Source: a virus. Taken from it: a stretch of DNA of 64,000 bases. Positions 63,974 through 64,000 of this stretch are shown piece after piece. The DNA lies in the IMG/VR virus record IMGVR_UViG_3300045988_182799. The stretch is one strand, 5' to 3'. Positions within the stretch are counted from its first letter, which is position 1; each line of letters starts with the position of its first letter. Below the pieces are notes generated by a model. It was given only the letters and a program-made list of their open reading frames with translations, did not search any database and was not told the DNA's origin. Both the position numbers and the translations under genes were made by a program.

Positions 63974-64000
63974 GTCTCTGTTTTCAAGCTGTGAGAAGAA

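Noticed and set aside
1-64000. Prophage interpretation (tRNA array, small same-strand genes, nucleotide-metabolism genes)
   Set aside because: No capsid, portal, terminase, tail or lysis-cassette signatures were found, whereas VirB4/VirB3-like/VirD4-like T4SS proteins are present. A conjugative element is the better fit, though a phage-plasmid cannot be excluded from this window alone.
1-64000. Integrase / att sites or IS transposases marking element boundaries
   Set aside because: No tyrosine/serine recombinase or DDE transposase motifs and no long direct repeats were seen. The window appears to lie wholly inside the element.

Overview
This window looks like the accessory and transfer region of a Firmicutes-type conjugative element (ICE or plasmid), not chromosomal backbone and not a phage; essentially all genes are on the minus strand. 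The left 3.6 kb is a minus-strand tRNA array (seven tRNAs plus one decayed tRNA-like remnant) interleaved with a conserved hairpin element and a roughly 1.15 kb ORF-free structured segment that I call a candidate large ncRNA. About 70 minus-strand genes follow, many with recognisable domains: AAA ATPase, a triple zinc-ribbon protein, PD-(D/E)xK nuclease, ParB-like nuclease, an HAD/NT5C-like phosphatase, a UvrD-like SF1 helicase, a pol-beta nucleotidyltransferase, a MazG-like protein, macro and NADAR domains, an MBL-fold lipoprotein, sortase-like, flotillin, two metallophosphoesterases and a truncated Y-family polymerase. The right end carries type IV secretion genes (VirB4-like ATPase, VirB3/PrgI-like membrane protein), and there is a VirD4/TraG-like ATPase mid-window; no phage structural genes, integrase or CRISPR array were seen. 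Three non-coding regularities are not explained by gene calls. (1) At least 14 near-identical minus-strand promoters carry a conserved GTGCGAATTG core inside the 16-nt spacer. (2) A hairpin family with a conserved 21-nt loop occurs four times in the tRNA array and twice intergenically at 38.7 and 41.3 kb. (3) The heptamer GCTACGC is densely clustered at 55.3-56.6 kb. Candidate undescribed systems are a coupled AAA ATPase / zinc-ribbon / nuclease operon, a dispersed ADP-ribosylation-reversal and nucleotide-pool gene set, two large coiled-coil proteins sharing a C-terminal domain that bracket two unknown genes, and duplicated acidic small proteins. All functional calls rest on motifs read by eye; no database search was run, and coordinates of short motifs may be off by 1-2 nt.
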